DNA from: Candidatus Adlerbacteria bacterium
Lineage (GTDB): Bacteria; Patescibacteriota; Minisyncoccia; Phycocordibacterales; SBAW01
Length of the DNA stretch: 64,000 nt
Direction of reading: 5' to 3'
NCBI GenBank assembly: GCA_963749085.1
Contig: CAVVLG010000002.1
Coordinates: 83,178-147,177 of the forward strand
Positions within the stretch are counted from its first letter, which is position 1, and every line of letters begins with the position of its first letter. Under the pieces are notes generated by a model that saw only the letters and a program-made list of their open reading frames with translations, ran no database searches and was not told the DNA's origin. Position numbers and translations under genes: made by a program. Positions 27,439-36,847 of the stretch are shown one piece after another.

Positions 27439-28404
27439 ATGCGTGTGTTTGGACAGAGCAAAAACGAAGAACAAACAGTCTTAGTGCTCGATATCGAGCA
27501 GGGCAGCGTCGGAGGTGCGTTGGTGAGCCTCTCCAAAACTGAGCACCCGCGGCTTTTCGGCGATACTCGGGTATCGCTGCCGCTCCTCTCATCCCGCGAC
27601 AGCAACGTGCTGAGAGTCAACGTAGAAAAGGCCGGGCACGACGTATTGACTCACGTGCATACCGTTGCTGCGCGCCTGCGTACGCATCCCGAGGCCGCTT
27701 CCTTCGGCACCGTAACTCGAGCGGTCGTTTTTCTCAGCGCTCCCTGGGGTACGCCCAATTTCAGCAGGGGTAGGCCCGATTTTTTGCCCGGCATGCGTGA
27801 CTTTGTGGTGAAAGAGATGGAGAGTTTTGCTCCGGATATATCCCTTTCATTCTCCAGCGGCATTGAGCGCGCGGCAGCGGGTGTAGGAACCCTCTCCTCC
27901 GGCGGGGTGCTCCTGTGCATGGTCGGGGGAGAGGTCACAGAACTTCTCCTCATAGAGAAGGAAGGTCCGCGCGGATACGCGACCATTCCGCACGGCTCAC
28001 GGACATTTCTGAGGACCTTGAAAGTTCACGGGGGTCTCTCGGAGGCCGAAGTACATTCGCTGTTTTCTCTCCTTACACCGGATTCATCCGGGCACTATGA
28101 ACCGCTCGACGCGGCGGCGCAGCATTTTGCCGATCAATTTGCGAATGCCGCGCAACATCTGCTTGTTGAAGGAGGCACTGAGCGCGTCATCGTGGTAGCG
28201 CACGAGCCTTTAGGGGAGTGGCTCGCCAAGCTGTTGGGAGGAGAGGGGCGCAGCGCCTCTGCGATTCATGCGCTTTTTCCCGACGGAGGCACCATAACTG
28301 CGCTGCGACCGCAGCATTTAATTCCTTCCATTGCCGCGCATGCAAGCACGCCGGATCTCTCGCTTCTCCTCGATGCCCTTTATATTGATAGGGGGTTTAT
28401 CTGA
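27439..28404 (+). CDS. actin-like ATPase-fold (ASKHA) protein, Ppx/GppA-phosphatase-like or PilM-like
   Basis: VLVLDIEQGSVGGALVS (phosphate-1-like) and LCMVGGEVTELLL (GGxxTE-like). ATG 6 nt after a TATACT hexamer. The track start at 27286 overlaps alaS. Confidence 0.5.
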   Translation: MRVFGQSKNEEQTVLVLDIEQGSVGGALVSLSKTEHPRLFGDTRVSLPLLSSRDSNVLRVNVEKAGHDVLTHVHTVAARLRTHPEAASFGTVTRAVVFLSAPWGTPNFSRGRPDFLPGMRDFVVKEMESFAPDISLSFSSGIERAAAGVGTLSSGGVLLCMVGGEVTELLLIEKEGPRGYATIPHGSRTFLRTLKVHGGLSEAEVHSLFSLLTPDSSGHYEPLDAAAQHFADQFANAAQHLLVEGGTERVIVVAHEPLGEWLAKLLGGEGRSASAIHALFPDGGTITALRPQHLIPSIAAHASTPDLSLLLDALYIDRGFI

Positions 28405-28417
28405 TATAGTACGAACT

Positions 28418-29683
28418 ATGCCCGACCAAGCGCCTCTGGGAGACCGATCCATTCGCAATATTCCCGTCCCGGCCAGCCACCGGCGCCTCCCTATAGAAGA
28501 AGCACCCAAACCGAGCCCGCGCCGCCGCAGGCGTCGTAACCGTCTGTTTTTGTGGGTCGTGCTCGCGGTGGTGCTGCTGTGCATTGCAGGCGGCCTCCTG
28601 CTCTCGACCTCATTTTCAGGAACTACCATTCACGTCACCCCTCGCTCACAAGTCGTCACGGCTCCCGCCACCATGACTGCGGAGATAAATCCGGGCGTCG
28701 GGGTATTAGCCTACCAAGTGCTTACCGCCTCGCGCACCGCCTCGACCACGGTTGGAGCGACTGGTACCCAGCAAGTCTCTCAGGAGGCCTCCGGCATCAT
28801 CACTATTTATGACGACTACAGCACCGCAAATCAGGAATTGGTCGCCACCACTCGATTTGAGGCCCCCGACGGCACCATTTACCGCATACATAGCAACGTC
28901 GTCGTGCCGGGTGCTACAGAGAATTCGGACGGCTCGCTCACGCCCGGCTCGGTCTCTCTCACTGCCTACGCAAACGCCCCGGGCGCAAGCTACAACCGCG
29001 GAGCGACCCAATTCACTATTCCGGGCTTTGAGAACACTCCCCGCTACAGCAAGTTCTACGCACAGACGGAAGGCATGAGCGGCGGTTTCGTGGGTACGGA
29101 GCCCGCGGTCGCACCTGCGGATCTCGCTACAGCCGAGCTGGAATTGAAATCCGGCTTGGATGAAGCGCTGCAAGTTGCGGCTTCAACCGGCATACCGTCT
29201 GAGTTTTTGCCGATATCGGGCAGCCTCACCATAACGTACGATGACGTAGTGCAGTCTCCAGGTGAAGCAACAGGCACGGCCACGGTTTCCCAAACCGCGA
29301 GCGCAACCGAGGACGTGGTGCGCGCCACGGATTTGGCCGCGGCGATTGCCGCTCAGACCGTGCAAGGATACGGCGGGGAGGCGGTTGGTTTTGCGGATTC
29401 TTCGGCGATATCGGTAGCGCTTGCTTCAACTACCAAGCAAACCAACGGCGTGCTGGGCCTCACACTCTCGGGTATGCCCACATTGGTGTGGCAGTTTGAC
29501 CCGAATACACTGAAGCAAGCGCTACTCGGTAAACCCAAGAGTCAGTTTGAGACTATCGTGGAGTCATTCGCTCCGGCCATTCAGTGCACCGCAGCGACCC
29601 CCTGCAGCGCAAGTATTCGGCCCTTCTGGCTCTCGTCTTTCCCGACGGATCCAAATAAAATAACGATAGTGACCGGATCCTGA
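28418..29683 (+). CDS. hypothetical bitopic membrane protein with an Arg-rich cytoplasmic N-terminal tail, one TM and an extracytoplasmic domain of about 340 aa
   Basis: PRRRRRRNRLFLWVVLAVVLLCIAGGLLL, then a Thr/Ala/Ser-rich domain. ATG 7 nt after a TATAGT hexamer. Confidence 0.55.
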   Translation: MPDQAPLGDRSIRNIPVPASHRRLPIEEAPKPSPRRRRRRNRLFLWVVLAVVLLCIAGGLLLSTSFSGTTIHVTPRSQVVTAPATMTAEINPGVGVLAYQVLTASRTASTTVGATGTQQVSQEASGIITIYDDYSTANQELVATTRFEAPDGTIYRIHSNVVVPGATENSDGSLTPGSVSLTAYANAPGASYNRGATQFTIPGFENTPRYSKFYAQTEGMSGGFVGTEPAVAPADLATAELELKSGLDEALQVAASTGIPSEFLPISGSLTITYDDVVQSPGEATGTATVSQTASATEDVVRATDLAAAIAAQTVQGYGGEAVGFADSSAISVALASTTKQTNGVLGLTLSGMPTLVWQFDPNTLKQALLGKPKSQFETIVESFAPAIQCTAATPCSASIRPFWLSSFPTDPNKITIVTGS

Positions 29684-29696
29684 ATAGTGCTATAGT
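29669..29696 (+). promoter_or_regulatory. sigma70-like promoter GTGACC-N16-TGcTATAGT (extended -10) for the 29729 gene
   Basis: Sequence pattern. Followed by a leader carrying AAAGGAGAAGG Shine-Dalgarno. Confidence 0.5.
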
Positions 29697-29728
29697 AAAA
29701 TCCGGCAGAATCTTGAAAGGAGAAGGTC

Positions 29729-30163
29729 ATGCGGTTCCTCATGACGCTAGTGGTGTTGCTTGCGCTTGGTGGTGTGACGCGAGCCCAAGACGCCGAAGCA
29801 CCGCCACCATACTCGAGCGGGAACGACGAGATCATCGTCTGCATCGGTCGATTTGATGCGGAGCGCATCGTGCTTCAGGTCAGCGCCTGGGCGTCTACGC
29901 GTTCCTTTGTATCCGGGTTATATGGATGGGCCAGCAAAGAACTAAAGACCTTTAGGATGTTCCCGTTTGAGGTGTCCGGCCATATGTGGGTGCGCATGCC
30001 GCAATGTTTTGCGACCGCCCCTATGCTCTTTTCAAACAAGGTGTTCGTGCATTCAAAATCCATAGACCGCAACGGGTCAATCATCCGACTCAACGTCTCC
30101 GAAGTAATCTTCAAAGGCCAGCACCTCTTTGTCGTCGAGGCCGATCTGACTGAGGAGCTCTGA
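29729..30163 (+). CDS. hypothetical secreted protein (144 aa) with a signal peptide (AQ|DA cleavage)
   Basis: Strong Shine-Dalgarno sequence. Signal peptide MRFLMTLVVLLALGGVTRAQDA. Has its own promoter and terminator. Confidence 0.65.
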   Translation: MRFLMTLVVLLALGGVTRAQDAEAPPPYSSGNDEIIVCIGRFDAERIVLQVSAWASTRSFVSGLYGWASKELKTFRMFPFEVSGHMWVRMPQCFATAPMLFSNKVFVHSKSIDRNGSIIRLNVSEVIFKGQHLFVVEADLTEEL

Positions 30164-30190
30164 CTTCTACTCCAGACTGTGCTCCTTTGT

Positions 30191-30215
30191 GCCGCCCCTG
30201 AGGCGGCCTTTTTTC
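30191..30215 (+). terminator. rho-independent terminator (gccgcc-cctga-ggcggc plus cttttttc)
   Basis: Read from the sequence. Confidence 0.75.
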
Positions 30216-30253
30216 GTGCCCACCAATTTCCCCATATGTGGCAGGCTGCTTTA

Positions 30254-30282
30254 TTGACAGCCCTCTGAGGGCACGGTAGGAT
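30254..30282 (+). promoter_or_regulatory. candidate sigma70-like promoter TTGACA-N17-TAGGAT(aat) upstream of the infA/alpha operon
   Basis: Perfect -35 with a moderate -10. Confidence 0.45.
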
Positions 30283-30296
30283 AATCTCTGTCGCTA

Positions 30297-30506
30297 ATGG
30301 ATACGAAGAACGAGGAAGTACCGGGCGTGGTTGAAGAGGCCCTGCCCAATACCTTGTTTAGGGTGTCTCTCGAATCCGGAGAGGTCATTCTTGCGTATTT
30401 GGCAGGCAAAATGCGCCTACATCGCATCAAAGTACTCGTCGGCGATAAGGTGACGGTGCTTCTGGATCCGTACGGAGGCAAAGCACGCATAACCAGAAGA
30501 CTATAA
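30297..30506 (+). CDS. infA: translation initiation factor IF-1
   Basis: [59 protein letters not shown]. Confidence 0.95.
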   Translation: MDTKNEEVPGVVEEALPNTLFRVSLESGEVILAYLAGKMRLHRIKVLVGDKVTVLLDPYGGKARITRRL

Positions 30507-30619
30507 TGAAAGTAAAAGCATCCATAAAAGCGCGTTGCGCCAACTGCACACTGATCCGCCGCAAAGGGCGGGTGTATGTTACCTGCAGCAACCCACGCCA
30601 CAAGCAGCGCCAAGGCTAA
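30506..30619 (+). CDS. rpmJ: 50S ribosomal protein L36
   Basis: The ORF is not on the track. ATG overlaps the infA stop (TAATG). Translation [37 protein letters not shown]. Confidence 0.9.
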   Translation: MKVKASIKARCANCTLIRRKGRVYVTCSNPRHKQRQG

Positions 30620-30627
30620 TTTTTTAT

Positions 30628-31008
30628 ATGAGAATTTCCGGCATTACTATTCCAGATACTAAACGAATCAGCTACGCGCTGACGGCGATTTACGGCATCG
30701 GACATTCGCGCGCGCTCGTTATTTGCGCGCAGGCAAAAGTTGATCCCATGACGAAAACCTCCGAGGTATCAACCGAGGCGGAAAATAGCATCCGTCGCGC
30801 TCTTGAGGGGCTGAAACTAGAAGGCGATCTCAAACGCGAAGTCGCCGGCAACATCAAAAGACTCAAGGATATTGGTAGTTATCGCGGGGTGCGCCACACC
30901 AAGCATCTTCCTACCCGAGGACAGCGCACCAAGACCAACTCCCGCACCGTGCGCGGAAACGTCCGTAAGACTATGGGTTCCGGCCGCCGTAAGGTTAAAA
31001 AAACCTAA
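30628..31008 (+). CDS. rpsM: 30S ribosomal protein S13
   Basis: MRISGITIPDTKRISYALTAIYGIGHSRA... Internal ATG of the track ORF. Confidence 0.95.
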   Translation: MRISGITIPDTKRISYALTAIYGIGHSRALVICAQAKVDPMTKTSEVSTEAENSIRRALEGLKLEGDLKREVAGNIKRLKDIGSYRGVRHTKHLPTRGQRTKTNSRTVRGNVRKTMGSGRRKVKKT

Positions 31009-31037
31009 AAATCGTAGTATAGTATCCGACTACACCT

Positions 31038-31466
31038 ATGGGTAAGAAACGAATAGTCAAAAAAGGAGGGGAAAGCGAAGCGACCAAGGCGGGCGGTCAA
31101 TCGCGCGCTCCGCGCCGCAAAATGGAAAGTGGCATCGTCTACGTTGAAGCTACCTATAACAACACCAAAATGTCGCTCGCGGACGCAGTGGGAAACGTTG
31201 TCGTGTGGTCCTCAAGCGGCTCCTTGGGATTTTCTGGCGCTAAGAAAGGGACTCCCTTCGCCGCAGCCAAAGTAGGCGAACTTCTGGGAGAAAAAGCGGG
31301 TTCCATGGGAGTCAAAGAAGTGGCGGTCGTGGTTTCGGGCGTGGGCGCCGGGCGGGAATCCTCCATCCGCGCGTTCGCGACCAAGGGCATACACATCTCC
31401 TCCATCAAAGACACGACCCCGGTGCCGCATAACGGCCCGCGGGCGCCGAAACCCCGTCGCGTATAA
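31038..31466 (+). CDS. rpsK: 30S ribosomal protein S11
   Basis: GIVYVEATYNNTKMSLADAVGNVVVWSSSGSLGFSGAKKGTPFAA. Confidence 0.95.
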   Translation: MGKKRIVKKGGESEATKAGGQSRAPRRKMESGIVYVEATYNNTKMSLADAVGNVVVWSSSGSLGFSGAKKGTPFAAAKVGELLGEKAGSMGVKEVAVVVSGVGAGRESSIRAFATKGIHISSIKDTTPVPHNGPRAPKPRRV

Positions 31467-31472
31467 GCATCT

Positions 31473-32087
31473 ATGAAAGTCGGACCTAAATATAAAATAT
31501 GCAAACGCCTGGGCGCCTCGGTGTTTGAAAAATGCCAGACACAGAAATTTCAGCTGGCGGAAGCGCGCGCCCCGCGCCGCACGTCGCGCCCCAAGCGTGG
31601 GGGCGGAGGCGATTTCGGGGTACAGCTTTTGGAGAAACAAAAGGCCCGCTTTACCTACGGGCTCTCGGAGAGCCAGTTCAGCCGGTACGTGCATGAGGCG
31701 ATGGAGAAGCGCAGCGTCGATTCCAAATTGGGCCTCATCACCCGCCTTGAATCGCGCCTTGACAACGTGGTCTTCCGCGCCGGCTTCGTCAAAACCCGCC
31801 GCGCCGCCCGCCAGCTCGTCTCCCACGGGCTTGTGACTGTCAACGGCCGTCGTATGAATATCCCGTCCTTCTGCGTCTCGCTGGGAGATACCGTTGCCAT
31901 TCGTCCCGAGAGCCGGCAGAGTCCGTTGTTTGCAAACCGTGCCGAGGCGGCTGCGGAATGGAAGACGCCTGCGTGGCTTGAGATTGGCGACAACGGGTTC
32001 GCGGCGACCACAACGGCCGTACCGAGCATTGCTGAGACCGAGACGCCGTTTAATGCCGCCACGATTATTCAATTTTATAGTCGTTAG
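31473..32087 (+). CDS. rpsD: 30S ribosomal protein S4
   Basis: S4 N-terminal and S4 RNA-binding domain (LDNVVFRAGFVKTRRAARQLVSHGLVTVNGRRMNIPSF). Confidence 0.95.
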   Translation: MKVGPKYKICKRLGASVFEKCQTQKFQLAEARAPRRTSRPKRGGGGDFGVQLLEKQKARFTYGLSESQFSRYVHEAMEKRSVDSKLGLITRLESRLDNVVFRAGFVKTRRAARQLVSHGLVTVNGRRMNIPSFCVSLGDTVAIRPESRQSPLFANRAEAAAEWKTPAWLEIGDNGFAATTTAVPSIAETETPFNAATIIQFYSR

Positions 32088-32118
32088 TTAATTATTAGTC
32101 GCTAGCCTCATTTTAGAT

Positions 32119-33078
32119 ATGATGGAGTATTCAATCACATTGCCCGCTAAGCCGCGCGTCGTCTCCGAAGAGGAGATGAGCGGCGTGTATGAAATAGACG
32201 GGCTCTATCCCGGCTACGGGCACACGCTGGGTAACTCCCTGCGCCGTATTATTCTCTCCTCCTTGCCCGGCTCGGCCATCACGAGTGTAAAAATCGACGG
32301 GGTGAGCCATGAATTTTCCACCATGGACGGCGTGCGCGAGGACGTGGTCACCATTTTGCTTAATCTGAAAAAACTGCGCTTTGAAATCATCGGCGGGGAA
32401 GCCCAGACAGTGACGCTTGACGTCAAAGGTCCCAAGAAAGTTTCCGGCGCTGATCTCAAAATTCCCGGCCAAGTGCGCCTGCTCAATCCTAACTCCTACA
32501 TTTGCGAAATAACCGACAAGAAAGAATTCAGCGCTGAATTCCGCGTGGAGCGTGGCTTGGGCTATGTGCCGCGGGAGATGCTCAAGAAAGAGCGCGTCGA
32601 TATCGGCGAGATTTCAGTCGACGCCATTTTCTCTCCGATTCGACGGGTCAACTACGAAGTGGAGAATATGCGCGTCGGCGACCGCACCGATTTCAATCGT
32701 CTGCGCATCTCCATTGAAACCGACGGCACGATCGCACCTCGCGCGGCGCTCGAGCAGTCAATTGAGGTGATGATAAACCAGCTCAAAGCCATTGTGGGCT
32801 TCCGCGAGGAGGAATTGCCGCAGGCGGCTTCCGCCGAGATGCCCGCGGCCGAAGGCGCAACCACGGGAGAGGTCGCCGCGGAGGCACTCAAGACCCGTAT
32901 CGAGGATCTTGATCTCTCAAGTCGCACCGTTGCGGCGCTTGAGAAAGCCAACATCCGCACGGTCGGTGGGCTTGCCCGCAAAAAGGAAGGGGATCTTCTG
33001 GACATTGAAGGCCTCGGCCCTAAATCCATTCAGGAGATTAAACGCTCGCTCGCCAACTTCGGTATCTTGCTGAAATAG
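32119..33078 (+). CDS. rpoA: DNA-directed RNA polymerase subunit alpha
   Basis: GYGHTLGNSLRRIILSSLPGSAITSVKIDGVSHEFS... C-terminal domain with the helix-hairpin-helix fold. Confidence 0.95.
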   Translation: MMEYSITLPAKPRVVSEEEMSGVYEIDGLYPGYGHTLGNSLRRIILSSLPGSAITSVKIDGVSHEFSTMDGVREDVVTILLNLKKLRFEIIGGEAQTVTLDVKGPKKVSGADLKIPGQVRLLNPNSYICEITDKKEFSAEFRVERGLGYVPREMLKKERVDIGEISVDAIFSPIRRVNYEVENMRVGDRTDFNRLRISIETDGTIAPRAALEQSIEVMINQLKAIVGFREEELPQAASAEMPAAEGATTGEVAAEALKTRIEDLDLSSRTVAALEKANIRTVGGLARKKEGDLLDIEGLGPKSIQEIKRSLANFGILLK

Positions 33079-33089
33079 TCCTACCCGCC

Positions 33090-33437
33090 ATGAAACACCA
33101 CGCTAGAGGAAGAAAATTCGGTCGTGAGCGCAACCAGCGCAGCGCTCTTCTGCGCAGCCTCATGCGCTCACTCGTGTTGAAGGGTCGCATTACCACCAGC
33201 GAAGCGAAGGCCAAGGAAATTCGCCCGATGATAGAAAAACTCCTGACCCGGGGTAAAGTGGCAACCCTCCACAATCGCCGCCTCCTTATCACCGAGCTTG
33301 GCGACCCTGCAGTGGCCGCTAAATTAATGAAAACCGCCGAAAATTACACCGCGCGCGCAGGCGGCTACGTGCGCATCGTGAAGATGATGCCGCGCAAAGG
33401 GGATGCCTCGGCCCGGGCCATGATTGAATTCATCTAA
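33090..33437 (+). CDS. rplQ: 50S ribosomal protein L17
   Basis: MKHHARGRKFGRERNQRSALLRSLMRSLVLKGRITTSEAKAKE. Confidence 0.95.
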   Translation: MKHHARGRKFGRERNQRSALLRSLMRSLVLKGRITTSEAKAKEIRPMIEKLLTRGKVATLHNRRLLITELGDPAVAAKLMKTAENYTARAGGYVRIVKMMPRKGDASARAMIEFI

Positions 33438-33443
33438 TTTTTT

Positions 33444-33785
33444 ATGATAACGATTGACGCACAAGATATTACGCTCGGCCGGGTCGCCAGCGCCGCCGCC
33501 AAGGCGCTCCTCGGCAAGCACGAGGCTTCGTTTGCCAAAAACGTAGTGTTTCCAGTTGAGGTTAAAATCATTCACGCCTCGCGCGTGCGCCTTTCCGGAA
33601 CGAAAGAGAAAAACAAAGCCTACGTGCGCTATTCCGGCTATCCCGGCGGGCAAAAGAAAGAGAGCTATGCTATGCTCAGGGGCCGCCGCGGGCAGATAGA
33701 AGTCATCCGCCGCGCGGTGTTGGGCATGCTGCCGAAAAATAAGCTGCGCATGCGCCGCATCAAGAACTTAAAGATAGAAAACTAA
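33444..33785 (+). CDS. rplM: 50S ribosomal protein L13
   Basis: L13 pattern. 113 aa. Confidence 0.9.
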   Translation: MITIDAQDITLGRVASAAAKALLGKHEASFAKNVVFPVEVKIIHASRVRLSGTKEKNKAYVRYSGYPGGQKKESYAMLRGRRGQIEVIRRAVLGMLPKNKLRMRRIKNLKIEN

Positions 33786-33786
33786 T

Positions 33787-34197
33787 ATGGCTACCAAAGA
33801 AAAAGAAGAAAGATACATAGAAGCAACCGGCCGCCGCAAGGAAGCGGTCGCTCGCGCGCGCCTCATTCCGGGCACGCGCACTATCGTTTCGATAAATAAT
33901 AAGGATGCCCAAGTTTATTTCCCGACCGAGCAGCTTCGCGTCGCAGCACTCGAGCCATTTCTTAAGGTATCTCTGCCAACGCAATTTGCAATCACCGTTG
34001 TCGTGCGCGGTGGAGGGGTGGCGGGTCAGGCTATCGCCGTACGCCATGCTATCTCGCGCGCGCTGACCGAGTATGACACTACTCTGCGCGGGACGCTCAA
34101 GAAAGAAGGCTTCCTCAAGCGCGACCCGCGAGCCAAGGAGCGCCGCAAGCCGGGCCTCGTCAAGGCTCGCAAGCGCAAACAATGGAGCAAACGCTAG
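33787..34197 (+). CDS. rpsI: 30S ribosomal protein S9
   Basis: GRRKEAVARARLIPGTRTIVSINNKDAQVYFP...C-terminal KRKQWSKR. Confidence 0.95.
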   Translation: MATKEKEERYIEATGRRKEAVARARLIPGTRTIVSINNKDAQVYFPTEQLRVAALEPFLKVSLPTQFAITVVVRGGGVAGQAIAVRHAISRALTEYDTTLRGTLKKEGFLKRDPRAKERRKPGLVKARKRKQWSKR

Positions 34198-34252
34198 TTC
34201 TTTGTGGTTAGAGTGTTGCGGATGGTTTTGTGTTGACATCCGATGTGCACTC

Positions 34253-34288
34253 GGTCCCCGGACCTCACTAGGTTCCGGGGCTTTTTCT
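34253..34288 (+). terminator. rho-independent terminator (ccccggacc-tcactag-gttccgggg plus cttttt)
   Basis: Read from the sequence, after rpsI. Confidence 0.75.
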
Positions 34289-34296
34289 TATAAAAT

Positions 34297-34324
34297 TTGA
34301 CAGTAGTGTTTTTTTATGTAAAAT
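34297..34324 (+). promoter_or_regulatory. sigma70-like promoter TTGACA-N16-TAAAAT about 9 nt upstream of the grpE ATG. No CIRCE element.
   Basis: Consensus -35 with a near-consensus -10. Confidence 0.55.
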
Positions 34325-34333
34325 AGAGTGCCT

Positions 34334-34888
34334 ATGAGTGCTTCAGACAATACTTCGGAAGAGGAATTTATCCCCGAAGAGGAGGCCGAGGAAGGCCCGG
34401 TGCTCATAAAGGGGCTTCGCGAAAAATTAAGGAAGGCACTCGAGGAAAAACAGGAATATTTAGACTCCTGGCAGCGCTCACGGGCCGATTTCGCCAATTT
34501 CAAGCGTCAGGAAGCATCGCTGAATGCCGATAGGGAGGAGCGTTTGCGGGCGGAATTTGCCGAAGCGGTCATTCCCGCGCTTGATTCCTTCGAAATCGCC
34601 TTTCGGAGCCCCTCGTTTGAGACTGCGGCGCCGGATTGGAAAAATGGGGTCATACGGATTTATAAGGAGCTGCAGAAATCCCTTGAGAAGTTCGGCATCA
34701 TCTCCTTCTCTCCACTGGGCGAGCCTTTTGATCCCACACGGCATGAAGCGTTAAGGGAAGTGGAGATAGGTGAGGAAGATAAAGATCACACAGTTGCCTC
34801 GGTGGAGCGCTCCGGCTATACTCTTGGCGAAAAAGTAATCCGTCCGGCACAAGTCTCGATTGGCAGATTTAAACAACACAACAGTTAG
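34334..34888 (+). CDS. grpE: nucleotide exchange factor GrpE
   Basis: GrpE coiled-coil plus C-terminal beta domain (DPTRHEALREVEIGEEDKDHTVASVERSGYTLGEKVIRPAQV). Confidence 0.92.
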   Translation: MSASDNTSEEEFIPEEEAEEGPVLIKGLREKLRKALEEKQEYLDSWQRSRADFANFKRQEASLNADREERLRAEFAEAVIPALDSFEIAFRSPSFETAAPDWKNGVIRIYKELQKSLEKFGIISFSPLGEPFDPTRHEALREVEIGEEDKDHTVASVERSGYTLGEKVIRPAQVSIGRFKQHNS

Positions 34889-34908
34889 CAGTATAATTCA
34901 TAACCTAT

Positions 34909-36789
34909 ATGGCAAAAATACTTGGCATAGATTTGGGCACGACGAACTCCGCGATGGCTATTATGCGCGGCGGGGAGCCGCAGATTTTGGAGAATGCCGA
35001 AGGCGCGCGCACCACACCCTCCGTCGTCGCCACAAGCAAAACCGGCGAGCGCCTGGTCGGCCTTATCGCGCGTAGGCAGGCCGTCACTAACCCCAAAAAT
35101 ACTATTTATCAGATAAAGCGCTTTATCGGGCACAATTTCGACGAGCCCTTGGTTGAAAAAGACCGCAAAGCGGTACCGTTTGAGATGCGCAAGTCGCAGA
35201 CCGGAGGCATTGAGGTCAATATGGGCGGCAGCTGGTATCGGCCGGAGGAAATTTCGGCGATGATTCTGCAGAAGCTCAAAGTGGACGCTGAAAAACGCCT
35301 CGGCGAAACTATCACCCAGGCGGTTATTACCGTGCCGGCCTATTTCAACGATGCCCAGCGCCAGGCTACCAAGGATGCGGGCAAAATCGCCGGGCTTGAA
35401 GTCCTGCGCATTATCAACGAGCCAACTGCCGCGGCACTCGCTTACGGATTTGATAAGAAAAAGAACGAGAAGATTGCCGTCTTTGATTTCGGCGGGGGCA
35501 CCTTCGATATCTCGGTGCTTGAAGTGGGGGATGACGTCATTGAGGTCAAATCAACCGACGGCGACGCACACTTGGGCGGCAAAGATATTGATCAGAAAAT
35601 AATCGACTGGCTCGCCACCGAGTTCCAAAAGGAGAGCGGCATCGACGTGCGCAACGACCCGCTCGCCCGCCAGCGCCTTGACGAGGCCGCGGAGAAGGCA
35701 AAAATAGAGCTTTCGACCTCGATGGAAACCGAGGTTAATATTCCGTTCATCACCTCCGACTCCTCAGGTCCGCGCCACCTCTTGATTAAGATGAGCCGCG
35801 CGAAGCTTGAAGAAATTGCCGGTGAGTTCTTGCAGCGTGCGATGGACATCACCAAGCGCGCCATGGAAGCCTCACCGTTTAAAGTGGGAGATATCAACGA
35901 AGTGATTCTGGTCGGGGGACAGACCCGCATGCCGGCCATGCAAGCGGCTGTCGAAAAATTCTTCGGTAAAAAGGCGAATCTCAGCGTCAACCCGGACGAA
36001 GTCGTCGCCGTCGGCGCTGCCATTCAAGGAGGCATTTTAGGCGGCGAAGTGCGCGACGTCCTTCTGCTTGATGTCATTCCGCTGTCGCTTGGCATCGAGA
36101 CCATGGGCGGGGTCAACACCAAACTTATCGAACGCAACACCACTATTCCAACCAGCCGCACCCAGACCTTCTCGACCGCAGCCGATAATCAAACCAGTGT
36201 TGAAATTCATATCGTTCAGGGCGAGCGTGCGATGGCTGGCGACAACAAGTCGCTCGGCCGGTTTGTGCTCGACGGCATTCCTACAGCGCCGAGGGGACTC
36301 CCGCAAATAGAAGTTACGTTCGACGTTGATGCCAACGGTATTCTTTCAGTCAAAGCCAAGGACAAGGCGACGAGCAAAGAGCAAAGTATCCGCATCGAAG
36401 CGCGCTCGGGATTGACTGAGCAAGACATTGAACGCATGCGCAAAGACGCTGAGGCGAACGCGGGCGAGGATAAAAAGAAAGTAGAACTTGTGGAAGCGCG
36501 TAATATGGCGGAGCAAACACTCTATGCGGCCAAGAAAGCGCTTGATGAAAATAAAACCAAAATCCCGGCTGAACTTGGCACTTCGATTACTGAAAAAATA
36601 GCCGCATTGGAGAATAAAAAGGGGAGCGATGACACGGCGGGCATACGATCGGCGCTTGAGGATCTTCAAAAAGAACTCTCCAAAGTTTACGAAGCGGTGC
36701 AAAAAGCGGGAGGCACTCAAACGCCTCCTAACGAGCCCCCACCTCCTGGAACTCAAAGCGCTCCGCAGGATAACCCCGAGCAGAAATAA
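34909..36789 (+). CDS. dnaK: chaperone DnaK (Hsp70)
   Basis: [29 protein letters not shown]. 626 aa. Confidence 0.98.
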   Translation: MAKILGIDLGTTNSAMAIMRGGEPQILENAEGARTTPSVVATSKTGERLVGLIARRQAVTNPKNTIYQIKRFIGHNFDEPLVEKDRKAVPFEMRKSQTGGIEVNMGGSWYRPEEISAMILQKLKVDAEKRLGETITQAVITVPAYFNDAQRQATKDAGKIAGLEVLRIINEPTAAALAYGFDKKKNEKIAVFDFGGGTFDISVLEVGDDVIEVKSTDGDAHLGGKDIDQKIIDWLATEFQKESGIDVRNDPLARQRLDEAAEKAKIELSTSMETEVNIPFITSDSSGPRHLLIKMSRAKLEEIAGEFLQRAMDITKRAMEASPFKVGDINEVILVGGQTRMPAMQAAVEKFFGKKANLSVNPDEVVAVGAAIQGGILGGEVRDVLLLDVIPLSLGIETMGGVNTKLIERNTTIPTSRTQTFSTAADNQTSVEIHIVQGERAMAGDNKSLGRFVLDGIPTAPRGLPQIEVTFDVDANGILSVKAKDKATSKEQSIRIEARSGLTEQDIERMRKDAEANAGEDKKKVELVEARNMAEQTLYAAKKALDENKTKIPAELGTSITEKIAALENKKGSDDTAGIRSALEDLQKELSKVYEAVQKAGGTQTPPNEPPPPGTQSAPQDNPEQK

Positions 36790-36793
36790 GTAA

Positions 36794-36822
36794 AGAAAAG
36801 CCGCCTTTTTTGTGGGCGGCCT
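36794..36822. terminator. bidirectional rho-independent terminator (gccgcc-loop-ggcggc) between dnaK and the convergent HD-domain gene
   Basis: The T-run lies in or after the hairpin on both strands. Confidence 0.6.
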
Positions 36823-36847
36823 AGTAGCTTTCTTCGGATCCCTATGC

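Noticed and set aside
31212-32072. 286-aa minus-strand ORF antisense to rpsK/rpsD. The same applies to other long antisense ORFs in high-GC genes such as 8711-9226, 14272-14859, 16947-17471, 37645-38388, 41103-41618, 46452-47027, 53318-53767, 54671-55099 and 55490-55924.
   Set aside because: Each lies inside a confidently identified gene on the other strand or frame. They have Arg/Ala/Pro-rich low-complexity translations typical of high-GC shadow ORFs.
34198-34333. Search for a CIRCE (HrcA) operator upstream of grpE-dnaK
   Set aside because: There is no TTAGCACTC-N9-GAGTGCTAA-like inverted repeat. Only a plain sigma70-like promoter and the rpsI terminator are present.
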